This document shows, one piece after another, positions 16,429-25,940 of a stretch of DNA of 64,000 nucleotides; the stretch's first letter is position 1; each line of letters opens with the position of its first letter. The stretch lies in NCBI GenBank assembly GCA_934233745.1, contig CAKQGN010000001.1:322621-386620 (forward strand), read 5' to 3'. Under the pieces are notes generated by a model. The model was not told the DNA's origin and did no database searches. It saw only the letters and a list, made by a program, of their open reading frames with translations. The DNA comes from an uncultured Clostridia bacterium. Lineage in GTDB: Bacteria > Bacillota > Clostridia > Christensenellales > CAG-917. A program made the translations under genes and the position numbers.

Positions 16429-19053
16429 ATGTTGGGAGCAGTTTCTTGGAATTTGATAGGCGGAGCGTTTACCGGCTTTATAACGTTAATAGTTTTTTAT
16501 GTCGGTATTATGTGGGCGTATATTGCATCGAGAAAAAAGTTTTCGGGTGCAAAGTATGCTGTCGAGCTGTTTTATATTGCGTTGGTGGTTTTGTTTGGCT
16601 TCGGCGTAAAATGCGCTATTTTTGTGGCAAACAGACCCGACACGTTCGATGACGGACTTGCCGCATTCTTCTATGCCATTTATTCGAGTATCGGCGGGCT
16701 CGAGTTCGAAGGCCTGGCGGACGCGGGTGAGGTTGGTACGGCATTGTTACAATGGCTGTATTCGGGAAGTTCGGTGCTTGCCGGACTTGTGTTCTTCAGC
16801 ATCATCCTTACAAAAATCAGCTACGAGATGTACAGCGGAATTTTGCTGTTTTTCTTGCGTATGAGGTTAAAGACAAGCGTGAATACCGACATCTATTTAT
16901 TTACGTCCGTCACGCAGGATTCGTTGCTTTTGGCAAACAGCATCAACGAGAAGAGACTCGGTGATAAGAATAATTACAAAAAAGCACTAAAGGCATATAA
17001 AGAGGACAAAGGAAACGGTAAAGTCGCTCAAAAACCCGAGAAAGCCAGAAATAGTAAGGTGATTTTTGCCGGCGACGATATCGGATCTTTCGATCGTAAA
17101 AATCCGCTGCATAGAGAAATTATGTCCAACGGGTATATGTTTTGGTCTTACTCAAAGAAAACGGGCGGTAATGGACCGTCTATGCTCAAAAGGCTTGGAT
17201 TGTATATCGACAATGTGTTTTTTGAAATAGAATCGCCAAAAGACAAGCAAAAGCAAAACGAGCAAGAGAAAAAAGACAGAGAAAACAAAAAAATCGTTGT
17301 AAAAGCCAAGGCAAAAAATAGCAGGATACATGTTTTTGCAATGCACAACGACGAGGCTTTCAGTGGCGAAGAGACTGTGAATGCAGAAACCGTTTTTGAC
17401 GAAATCGAGACTGTCGTGCGAGAAATCGTGGAGTATAATAAGAAACCTGTTTTCGTCGATTACTACATACTTACGAACACTGATATAAACTACACGTATT
17501 ACGACAATTACAAAAAGAAGTGCATAGAAAGTGCCTTAGAATCCGCAAAAACGAGGACTCACCGTAAAAATAATGTGAAAGATCCTGTTCTTGTAAATGA
17601 CGTAATCGAAGTGCGCAACGAAAGGGGAAGGGTTTGCGAAAGTGAGTTCGCTTTGCATATTATCAACGAGTCCGATATAACGTCAAAACTGTTTGTGGAG
17701 GCTAGAAATAAGGATTGGGATGCGAATTTATTGATTCAGGATACGGGCGAATCGACTTACAAAGTTATGGTTGTCGGCTTTGGTGCGACGGGACAACGGA
17801 CTATGTTGCAATCCTATATCATGTCGACGAAAATAGACAATAAACAACCCGATTATCACATGCCTACGCAATTCAGAGCCGACGTATTCGATAAGGACGC
17901 AGACTCTGTGTGTGGGATTTTTGAATTGCAACATCCTCTTATCGTCTGTGTTAACGATAAGGATGCAAAGGACAATCCTGATAAACTCGAAACACAAATT
18001 GAAAAGAAACGCAGAGAAAGAATCGATATGACATATCATAGCGTAGTCGGCAAGACAATGAATCTTTCTTCGGATTTCAAAAAAGATCGCGCGGCGACAA
18101 TCGAGGACATCGAAAATCAAATGAAATTGCCTGTGGTTGTTATGCACAATGCGTCGTGTTTCGGCTCGGATTATCTCGATTATTTGGATTCGAGAACAGG
18201 CGCAGATTCGCGCTCGCAGGAATATAACCTTATAATAGTTGCTCTCGGGAAAGACGAGGATAATATCAAGATGGCGAATGCTTTGCTTGCGGATATCAAG
18301 CACGAACTCAACAATCTGCGCAATGCAACGAGACCTGCAAAACTGCAAACAATTGCAATCAATTTACTTAACAAGAGAAACCGCGATAGAATCAACTGGA
18401 GCAAAGAGGATAACGAAAGATATGGAAATTTGAAAGTGATTATCTTCGGAAGTAGGGATGATATTTACTCGTATAGACAAATTATAGACGAAACAGAGTG
18501 CATGGAATATCATCACGCATATTATCTTCTCGATACCAACAAAATACCAAACCAAAGCAAACCAATGAAATCATATTATCTTAACAGAGAAACACCGTAC
18601 GTGGGGTGGGGATATTTTGAGTTGTTGTGTGGCTTTTACGATGCTGTAAGATGTGAAGATAAAGAGAATTTAAGATTGGAATGGAAAGACGTTCCGCTTG
18701 TGGAAAGAGAATCGAACAGATCTGCATTGTTATTTAAGAATGTTATGGCGGCGATGAAGTCGTTCTATTGTACGAGTTATTCTTATAGCGAGTTGCGCTT
18801 GTTGGTAGAACTCGAACATGATAGATGGAATAGGTCGTATATCGCCAACGGCTGGACTTATAATCAAAAAATGCCGAAAAAACAAGAAGATGAGTCCGAT
18901 GAAGCTTTTAAAAAACGTCGCAAGAAAGCAAAGAATGACGGTAAAGATAGATGTGAACACGATTGCCTGTTGCCGTATTCTATGTTGGAAGAAAAGTACA
19001 CGGATTATGATATAGCGAATGTCGCCTGTGTGTTTGAAAAAAAGCAACACTAA
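16429..19053 (+). CDS. Membrane protein: channel-like N-terminal TM/pore-loop region + TrkA-N/RCK-like Rossmann domain(s) + C-terminal RyR domain
   Basis: The first ~150 aa contain 3-4 TM helices with a pore-loop-like segment, FFYAIYSSIGGLEFEG, between them. Rossmann signature: YKVMVVGFGATGQRTM...RADVFDKD...LIIVALGKDEDNIKMAN. C-terminal RyR-domain signature: LVELEHDRWNRSYIANGWTY...CEHDCLLPYSMLEEKYTDYDIANV. RBS AAGGAG. Confidence 0.7.
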   Translation: MLGAVSWNLIGGAFTGFITLIVFYVGIMWAYIASRKKFSGAKYAVELFYIALVVLFGFGVKCAIFVANRPDTFDDGLAAFFYAIYSSIGGLEFEGLADAGEVGTALLQWLYSGSSVLAGLVFFSIILTKISYEMYSGILLFFLRMRLKTSVNTDIYLFTSVTQDSLLLANSINEKRLGDKNNYKKALKAYKEDKGNGKVAQKPEKARNSKVIFAGDDIGSFDRKNPLHREIMSNGYMFWSYSKKTGGNGPSMLKRLGLYIDNVFFEIESPKDKQKQNEQEKKDRENKKIVVKAKAKNSRIHVFAMHNDEAFSGEETVNAETVFDEIETVVREIVEYNKKPVFVDYYILTNTDINYTYYDNYKKKCIESALESAKTRTHRKNNVKDPVLVNDVIEVRNERGRVCESEFALHIINESDITSKLFVEARNKDWDANLLIQDTGESTYKVMVVGFGATGQRTMLQSYIMSTKIDNKQPDYHMPTQFRADVFDKDADSVCGIFELQHPLIVCVNDKDAKDNPDKLETQIEKKRRERIDMTYHSVVGKTMNLSSDFKKDRAATIEDIENQMKLPVVVMHNASCFGSDYLDYLDSRTGADSRSQEYNLIIVALGKDEDNIKMANALLADIKHELNNLRNATRPAKLQTIAINLLNKRNRDRINWSKEDNERYGNLKVIIFGSRDDIYSYRQIIDETECMEYHHAYYLLDTNKIPNQSKPMKSYYLNRETPYVGWGYFELLCGFYDAVRCEDKENLRLEWKDVPLVERESNRSALLFKNVMAAMKSFYCTSYSYSELRLLVELEHDRWNRSYIANGWTYNQKMPKKQEDESDEAFKKRRKKAKNDGKDRCEHDCLLPYSMLEEKYTDYDIANVACVFEKKQH

Positions 19054-19068
19054 TGTGAGAGGTGCAAA

Positions 19069-20154
19069 ATGAACGAGAGGCTGTTGATAAGAACGCTCAG
19101 AAAAATTATGAAAACAAAATCACTCAATCTCGAAAGCGTGTCGGCAATCGGAAGTTGCTCGTATGCGGAGGCTTTCGATGTTATGCGATATTTGCTTGAA
19201 AAAGGCATTATCAAAGAAAGCAATGACGGGGAGTTTGCCGTTACGGAAGATAATGAACAAATCGAAGAGTTGCGCAGAGCGAACGGGGACTGGAAAAAAG
19301 AGTTCTCCAACAGCGAACTTAAAAGCATCCTGTATGAAATAGATATGCAAGCGTTTAACATCATCAGAATGTTGGAAGATCTCGATGGGAAGACCATTGA
19401 GGAACTTCGCACCGCATCAAAAGACGCCGCAATCGACGTGGATGCCACGCTTGCATATCTGCAATCGCGAGGGCTGGTTGTGCCGGACGGAGATACGTAT
19501 CGGGGCATAATAGGCGAAGAGAACTACATCAAAATGGTGAATATGTTCAAAAAAGACAAAGCCGAAATGCAACGGAAGATCGATGCGGAAGGCGAACGTC
19601 AGGCAAAGGCTGCTACGGCAAGAAAAGCCGAGGAAGATGAAAAGGAAAGGGAACTTTCCGAAATTATTGCCAATGCGAGAGCGTTGCAAGCGGAAGAGCA
19701 GAAAAAGGAAGAATCTGCCGATGAAACGCCATTGGCGGAAGATACCGAAGTGAGCGCAATTATGTCGCAAGTCGATAGGTTTAGGAAAAAACTCGGTCAA
19801 AAAGAAGAGAATGTTGCGGAGATACCGGTGTGGTTGAATTCAATCCACACCACCGTAATGGTGAAAGCGGATTTGTCGGATACACCGATTGCGGTTTTGC
19901 AAAAAATATATTTGCATTACAACAAAAGAGGCATTGTTAAAAAGTTTGGTGAAAACAACTCGCTTTGCAGTTTTAACGGGAACGTGGCGGCGTTGGATAA
20001 AAAGAAAAGCGTGTTCCAACTTGTGTTTAAGAATGAACTTGTTACGCTCAACTGGGATTTGCCGATAAAAGAGCAGATCAGCGCAAAGCACAGCAGGACG
20101 ATTGGTGAAGATGGCGAACTTGCAGTGTTTGTTTTTGTAGCAATGCAAAATTGA
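19069..20154 (+). CDS. Hypothetical protein with N-terminal winged-helix-like repeats, central charged coiled coil and unknown C-terminal domain
   Basis: 361 aa, starting 15 nt after the preceding stop, RBS GAGAGG. Two wHTH-like segments: YAEAFDVMRYLLEKGIIKESNDGEFAV and AIDVDATLAYLQSRGLVVPDGDTY. I recognised no catalytic motif. Confidence 0.5.
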   Translation: MNERLLIRTLRKIMKTKSLNLESVSAIGSCSYAEAFDVMRYLLEKGIIKESNDGEFAVTEDNEQIEELRRANGDWKKEFSNSELKSILYEIDMQAFNIIRMLEDLDGKTIEELRTASKDAAIDVDATLAYLQSRGLVVPDGDTYRGIIGEENYIKMVNMFKKDKAEMQRKIDAEGERQAKAATARKAEEDEKERELSEIIANARALQAEEQKKEESADETPLAEDTEVSAIMSQVDRFRKKLGQKEENVAEIPVWLNSIHTTVMVKADLSDTPIAVLQKIYLHYNKRGIVKKFGENNSLCSFNGNVAALDKKKSVFQLVFKNELVTLNWDLPIKEQISAKHSRTIGEDGELAVFVFVAMQN

Positions 20155-20306
20155 GAAAAGGCTCATTATAAGTCACAAAACAAAAGTTACAGCTAGTTAT
20201 GTGCAAACAAATTAGAGACTAAAAATGTTGGCGATCATTTTTGAGTTGCGATAATGGCAATATTTTTATACGAAAATAACGTTCACAGTATATCGGGTGT
20301 TATGGC

Positions 20307-20335
20307 TTGCAATATGTACCGAAATATAGTAGAAT
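20307..20335 (+). promoter_or_regulatory. Sigma-70-type promoter (TTGCAA-17 nt-TAGAAT) for the PHP/TIR-NACHT/MBL operon
   Basis: TTGCAA at 20307-20312, 17-nt spacer, TAGAAT at 20330-20335. This leaves a ~70-nt leader before ATG 20413. Confidence 0.45.
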
Positions 20336-20412
20336 ATAACCATTGTTTACGAGAGATGGAAAGTCTCTGCCTGCTCGGGAGAAACGGCACTCGTTTACGG
20401 GGGGGGGGAAGC

Positions 20413-21306
20413 ATGATTGATTTGCATATGCACTCTGTTAATTCAGATGGAACATGCACAACAGAAGAACTTTTACAGCAGTTGGTAGAACTCAATGCTG
20501 AAATAATTTCCTTTACAGACCATGACAGCGTGGGCTGCTATTTTGATTTGAACGATATTTATATTAAACATAATATTCCAATAAAAATTGTACATGGAGT
20601 CGAGTTGAGTTTTTTAGAAGATGGTGTTTTAAGGGATATGTTAGGTTATGGCATCGATGTAAAAATAATAATTAATTGGCTTAATACACGATATTCTAAG
20701 GAGTACAGAATAGCGAAGCAACGAAAGATATTAACAAAATTCAAGGAAATATGTAGAAATAAAGGGATGAAGTTTTCGAACGATCTTGATATTTGCACCG
20801 GAAATAAAAGCGAAGCATTTGTTGTCATGTATAACGAACTAATTAATTATCCCACAAATCGTGAGGCTTTTCCATTTATTACAAACAACACAGCCTTTTA
20901 TTGGCAATACTTTGCAAATAAGTCTAGCGAATACTATGTTGATGAAACGGATGGACTACCTACAATGAAAGATGTTATTGACATAATACATAAATCGGGA
21001 GGTTATGCATTTTTGGCACATCCTTGTGCTTACAAATTAAATAGAACAGAAGTATCTGCGTTTATAGATATTGCCATAAAAAATGGTATAAATGGAATTG
21101 AAGTAAAACACTCATCAAATAAAGATGACGATGTTCCTTTCCTAAGACAAATCGCAGAAATTAACAATCTGTATATTAGTGGGGGCAGTGATTTTCATGG
21201 TTCAACAAAACCAGGATTAAATCTTATCGTTGGGTACAATAATATGTTAGTAACAAAGGATGATATTGGAAACTGGATAAATAGTGTGGAGTCAACCATA
21301 TTTTGA
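20413..21306 (+). CDS. PHP-domain (polymerase/histidinol-phosphatase family) metal-dependent phosphoesterase
   Basis: MIDLHMHSVNSDGTCTTEELL...ISFTDHDSV...HGVELS...AHP...GGSDFHG are the PHP His/Asp motifs. I prefer ATG 20413 (G-rich RBS GGGGGGGGAAGC) to the track start 20254, which overlaps the predicted promoter. Confidence 0.75.
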   Translation: MIDLHMHSVNSDGTCTTEELLQQLVELNAEIISFTDHDSVGCYFDLNDIYIKHNIPIKIVHGVELSFLEDGVLRDMLGYGIDVKIIINWLNTRYSKEYRIAKQRKILTKFKEICRNKGMKFSNDLDICTGNKSEAFVVMYNELINYPTNREAFPFITNNTAFYWQYFANKSSEYYVDETDGLPTMKDVIDIIHKSGGYAFLAHPCAYKLNRTEVSAFIDIAIKNGINGIEVKHSSNKDDDVPFLRQIAEINNLYISGGSDFHGSTKPGLNLIVGYNNMLVTKDDIGNWINSVESTIF

Positions 21307-21314
21307 GGTGAGAT

Positions 21315-24095
21315 ATGAATATTTTTATTAGCTATGGACACGACGGCTTTTCCTCTCTTGCTGAAAGGTTAAAGCATGATTTAGATAGTATGGGTCATAA
21401 CGTTTGGTTTGACAAAGAAAAGCTGAAAGGCTCGGCGGAATGGGAAACTGAAATTGAAAAAAATATTATTTCATCCGATTGGTTAATACTTTTGATGACT
21501 AATCATTCGGTAAGACGTCCCGATGGAGTTTGTTTGGATGAGGTAAGTGTGGCTAGATATATGAACAAAAAGATTTTGCCTATAATGATTCAGAATGTGA
21601 TGCCGCCGTTTTGTATTGCAAGAATTCAATGGCTTGATATGCAGAACAATTGCTGTGATGAAAATGGAGTAATTAATGAACTTAAATATGCCGAGAAACT
21701 GGAACAAATCCTTCAAATAGTTGAGGGTATATTTCAAATAAATCACGAGGGTAGCCAATCCAATTTATTGAGATCTCTTTCTCCGCTGGATAATGATGTT
21801 TACATTGAAAGTATTAAACAAAAATTTTATGGAAGGAATTGGCTGTTTGATAAATATGACAATTGGGTGACATCACACTCATCGCCGAGAGCCTTTATGA
21901 TTACAGGACAAGCTGGAATTGGAAAAACCGCATTCGTTGTGGCGCTTAGTTCAATGCGTCCAGAAATAGTAGGGATACATTTTTGCAAATATAATGATAA
22001 TGATAGATCTAACCCCAAAAGGGCTCTTATGTCGATAGCATATCATTTATCGACTCAAATACCAGAGTATTCTGCACAATTAATGTTATTAAACGATCTA
22101 AACAGATTGGAAGAAAAAAGCGTTACAAGATTATTTGAATATTTATTTATAGAACCACTAAACAAGATACCGTCTAGAGACAAAACATCAGTAATTATTA
22201 TTGATGCATTAGATGAGGCTGCAAAAGAGACCAAAAATGAATTGCTCGATATTATTGCAATGGAGTTTGATAAAACACCAAGTTGGCTAAAATTGTTGGT
22301 CACAAGCAGACCAGAAAATCAGATTTTGCGGAAAATGGCTAAGTATAATCCGATTGTTATTGAAAAGAACAAGGAATGCGATGACGATATCTTGGAATTT
22401 TTAACGAAAGAACTGGTTGATGTAAACTGTTTAGACAAAGAACAAAAAATATTTGAACTTTCAAAAAAGTGCCAAGGCAGCTTTTTATATGCAAAAGAAG
22501 TCATGCGTAATATAAAAGATAAACATTATGATTTATCAAATGTGGATAGTTTTCCAAAAGGGTTGGCGGGCATATATGAGTCATATTTTAATAGGCTATT
22601 TTCAGGTGATATGCAGTTTTATAAAACTATGATAAGGCCCGTTCTTGAAGTGTTAGTGGCTAGTTTTGAGCCCTTAACATTGGAGTTGGTTCAAAAAATA
22701 TCAATGGTTGATGAATATGAATTTGACGATGTAATTGAAGCCATTAGTTCCTTATTTCCATTGAGAAACAACACAGCGACGGCGATGCATAAGAGTTTAT
22801 ATGACTGGATAATTGATGCCGAAAAGGCAGGTCAATATAGGGTATCTCTGAAACGCGGACATAAAAAACTGTCGGATTACTATTTTCAAATGAATAAGAA
22901 CGAGAAATTAACATCTCAAGTAATAAAATACACAACGATGCACTGCATTTTTGCCGAAGAGTATAATTTTGCCTATGAGTTATTAATAAACAATTCATTC
23001 CAAAATACTCGAATTAAATCTCTTGGATTGGATACTGCGCTAAGGGAGTATTTTTCAGAGATATATAAGCTAAAAGAAAAAGAGCCTACGTTGTGTTTAA
23101 ATGTATTGCGTAGTGAATGTTTTTTGTCAATTATCAAAAATAATCGAGCATTTCTATATAATTCCGGATTATTTTTCGAAATAAAAGAATGTGGCTTTGA
23201 TCAAGTTGCAGAAACCATTATTTCAAATTATTCGGATGCTGAATTGATAGTATCAATTGCTTACTACTTCTATATTACCGAAAGGTTTAAGCAAGCGGAA
23301 TTATTGTTTTCTAGGCTAATTGATTTTCAATTTTCCACATTTCCAGAACGACTTAAAGCAGGCGTTTTTAATACTCTTGCTTTATGCAATAGAAAGTATG
23401 CGGATTTTGACAAAGCAAAGGATTATTTTTTGCTTGCAGAGAGTACTGCCGTCCACTCATCTGATTATGAAAGGTCAATTGCTGTTGTAAATTTAGGGAA
23501 AATCGCATATCATCAACTTGATTGGGAGTTGGCTAAAGAATATAGCGAAAAAGCTATTAAAATACTGCGACGCGAATACGACAATTGCGAATTAGATGAT
23601 GATGTTAATTCGTTGAGATTATTTGTTGCGGAATATCATCGATTATTTGCTGAAGCAGTAATTTGGCATGGAGATGTGGAATTGGCTAAAAAACACCTTT
23701 CTGAAGCAGCAAAACTGTACTCAATTAACAAAGCCCGAGACAGATACTATGTGCGATATCTTTATACTGGAATATTGGTCGATATTATTGGCAAACGAAA
23801 TATTGATCTTCGTCGTATTGATGAGGTGAAATCCTTAGCATCCAGCAAATACGACAAGTCGCAAATTTTATACTATGAAGGGCTTTACTTTTACTTAAAA
23901 GATGATGTTGTTGGAAGTAAAGAAAAGTTGCGAGAGGCATTGGTTTATACTGAAGATATAAATGCATCCCTTGAGGTCGGAGAAATAACAATGTTGCTCG
24001 ATTTGTGCGGAGAACACATTAAAACAAACAATAACAATCGTTATATAGAAAAATGGTGCAAATATGTAAAGAACTTTATTGAGGAATTAAAATGA
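21315..24095 (+). CDS. TIR - NACHT/STAND NTPase - TPR-like sensor protein (bacterial NLR-like / Avs-like)
   Basis: N-terminal TIR: MNIFISYGHDGFSSLAERL...VWFDKEKLKGSAEWETEI...LILLMTNHSVRRPDGVCLDEVSVA. P-loop: FMITGQAGIGKTAFVVAL. Walker B: VIIIDALDEA. The C-terminal ~400 aa are helical-repeat/TPR-like. Confidence 0.85.
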   Translation: MNIFISYGHDGFSSLAERLKHDLDSMGHNVWFDKEKLKGSAEWETEIEKNIISSDWLILLMTNHSVRRPDGVCLDEVSVARYMNKKILPIMIQNVMPPFCIARIQWLDMQNNCCDENGVINELKYAEKLEQILQIVEGIFQINHEGSQSNLLRSLSPLDNDVYIESIKQKFYGRNWLFDKYDNWVTSHSSPRAFMITGQAGIGKTAFVVALSSMRPEIVGIHFCKYNDNDRSNPKRALMSIAYHLSTQIPEYSAQLMLLNDLNRLEEKSVTRLFEYLFIEPLNKIPSRDKTSVIIIDALDEAAKETKNELLDIIAMEFDKTPSWLKLLVTSRPENQILRKMAKYNPIVIEKNKECDDDILEFLTKELVDVNCLDKEQKIFELSKKCQGSFLYAKEVMRNIKDKHYDLSNVDSFPKGLAGIYESYFNRLFSGDMQFYKTMIRPVLEVLVASFEPLTLELVQKISMVDEYEFDDVIEAISSLFPLRNNTATAMHKSLYDWIIDAEKAGQYRVSLKRGHKKLSDYYFQMNKNEKLTSQVIKYTTMHCIFAEEYNFAYELLINNSFQNTRIKSLGLDTALREYFSEIYKLKEKEPTLCLNVLRSECFLSIIKNNRAFLYNSGLFFEIKECGFDQVAETIISNYSDAELIVSIAYYFYITERFKQAELLFSRLIDFQFSTFPERLKAGVFNTLALCNRKYADFDKAKDYFLLAESTAVHSSDYERSIAVVNLGKIAYHQLDWELAKEYSEKAIKILRREYDNCELDDDVNSLRLFVAEYHRLFAEAVIWHGDVELAKKHLSEAAKLYSINKARDRYYVRYLYTGILVDIIGKRNIDLRRIDEVKSLASSKYDKSQILYYEGLYFYLKDDVVGSKEKLREALVYTEDINASLEVGEITMLLDLCGEHIKTNNNNRYIEKWCKYVKNFIEELK

Positions 24096-24847
24096 AAATA
24101 CATGTATTAGGTTCTGGTGGGTGGATGCCAGGTAATAATAGAGAAACTTCTTGTCTGCTTATTGAATATAAGGGAAAGTTGCTAATGATTGATGCAGGTA
24201 CTGGCGTTGCGAATCTGTCAGGGTATGGTGATGTTCTCGACAGATATAATGAAATACACATATTGTTAAGTCATTACCATCTTGATCATATTATAGGACT
24301 AACTTATATCAGCAAGTTTTTTGGGAGTAAAAAAATATGTATATACGGACCTCAATATGGTGTATTTTCTAATGTAAAAAAGGAGTTAAGTAAATTATTC
24401 ATCCCAAGCTTTCACTCTAGAAGTTTGAAAGATTTAGGGGAAAGTGTGCTTTTTTTTGAGTATACTGCAATACCATTTATGATTGATGATATTCTCGTTG
24501 AAACCAGAGAGCTAAACCACTCTAGTATAACTTATGCTTTTTTTATTGATAAGATATTCGCATATATTAGCGATACTTTATTTTTGAAAAAAATAATAGA
24601 GGAAACGGCTAATTTTAAATGGGTATTTCATGAATGTTGGGGAATCGAAAAAACAAATGCTGCACATTCCTATCTGCAAGAACTTAAAGAAAAACTGTAT
24701 TGCACTTGCAAGTATTATCTAATTCACCTTAACCCAGATATACCATATTGCGAATATAAAGCGGCTATAAAAGGATTTGACAATGTATATGTTGGTCAAG
24801 ATTTTGATATGGTGTTGATTAATAATATACTCGGCTTAATGGAATGA
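24092..24847 (+). CDS. Metallo-beta-lactamase-fold hydrolase (RNase Z / phosphodiesterase-like)
   Basis: LLIDAGTG...ILLSHYHLDHIIGL carries the HxHxDH motif. The start overlaps the TIR-NACHT stop (ATGA). Confidence 0.8.
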   Translation: MKIHVLGSGGWMPGNNRETSCLLIEYKGKLLMIDAGTGVANLSGYGDVLDRYNEIHILLSHYHLDHIIGLTYISKFFGSKKICIYGPQYGVFSNVKKELSKLFIPSFHSRSLKDLGESVLFFEYTAIPFMIDDILVETRELNHSSITYAFFIDKIFAYISDTLFLKKIIEETANFKWVFHECWGIEKTNAAHSYLQELKEKLYCTCKYYLIHLNPDIPYCEYKAAIKGFDNVYVGQDFDMVLINNILGLME

Positions 24848-24983
24848 GTTGAGCCTATACCTCCTTTTTTAGTATTTTTTTGCAAGGACGGAAAAGGAAG
24901 TAAAGACGAAGATTTGGCTTTCACGGACTTGGTTGCTACATGTGCTTTACCTCTTTTTCTCGACCTTGCGATTTTATTCATAA

Positions 24984-25830
24984 CACAGGTGAATCGGCGT
25001 TGTACACAGACTCCATCCGGACACTTTTGGATATGAGTAGGACAGTTTCAAGACTCAGCCGTACTTTGCCAAGATTAACCCGTACTCTATCAAGACTCAG
25101 TTGTACTCGCTACACCTTTACATGTTGTGAACAATACACATCGTAAACATAGACGAATGAACAAATAAGAACATCGTTGTGCGCAATTTGGACAAGTTTG
25201 AAATCGTGACCGAACACCGTTCGAGCCCTGTTGTGATATGAACTACCGACAGCGTATCATTGCCGACGTATTTTGCACAAATGGGTGCAAGTTTAGTTTC
25301 AATGGTTTTCGTTCGGTTTTGCGGGACAACTCTCGGGAGCGAGAATGGCTACGCAATGGCTTTTGTGTGTTATGAACAGTTTTTAAGTTAGCACAGAATC
25401 GTTTTTGAGCGTGAGTACATAAAATCCAACTTTAGGGGAAATTTTTGTGAAAAAGCGAATGTTGAGTGGGAATTTGAATGGGAAAACGCATATTAAGGTA
25501 AACTCGAGCGGGAATCCCGATGCCGAAAAGATAAAAGCAGAATTCGCCGGTTGATATAAAAAAAAGAAAAAATCCGCCTATGAAAAAGAGGACAAAAAAT
25601 CACATTGCCGATGTGCGAGAAAAACGGGCCCGATTCGCCAAGCGGTTTAGCGCGAACGGCCCGTTCCGCACGGCTGCGATTTTGCCTTTTTAGGCGGTTT
25701 GTTTTTATACAAGGCGTATGCTTGTCTCGGCGAGGCGCATCGGGGTTCCCCGCAAAACGGAGCGCAGCGACGTTTTGTGGGGTGAAAGGCTCGCCGACTT
25801 GTTCAAAGACAAGTATACGCCTAAGTGCCA
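24984..25830 (-). repeat. Diverged inverted copy of the R scaffold module (element terminus)
   Basis: The reverse complement of 24984-25215 aligns with 49560-49786, including the GTAC-N6-AGTCTTG iterons and the terminal TGTACAACGCC(A/G)ATTCA block. 25640-25710 aligns in reverse complement with 49315-49385 (ATAAAAACAAACC ... CGCGCTAA(A/C)CCGCTTGGCGAA). The middle section is only weakly similar. Confidence 0.55.
25712..25822. repeat. Long imperfect nested hairpin at the cargo-proximal side of inverted R copy
   Basis: Outer arms AGGCGTATGCTTGTCT (25712-25727) and AGACAAGTATACGCCT (25807-25822). Nested arms TCGGCGAGGC / GGCTCGCCGA and CCCCGCAAAACG (25748-25759) / CGTTTTGTGGGG (25771-25782). Confidence 0.6.
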
Positions 25831-25940
25831 AAAAGAATTTTTGCGCAACACACGAGAGGTAAAATATTAAAACTTTGACAATGTCCCGCAGATGGTACGT
25901 TCGATTGGATAAGATAAAAAAAATTATACAGGAGATTGTC

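Noticed and set aside
20336-20412. Possible riboswitch or leader structure in the 5' UTR of the PHP gene (GAGAGATGGAAAGTCTCTG hairpin, G8 run)
   Set aside because: Only a short hairpin is visible, and a G-run doubles as the RBS. There is no resemblance to a riboswitch class that I can identify by eye.
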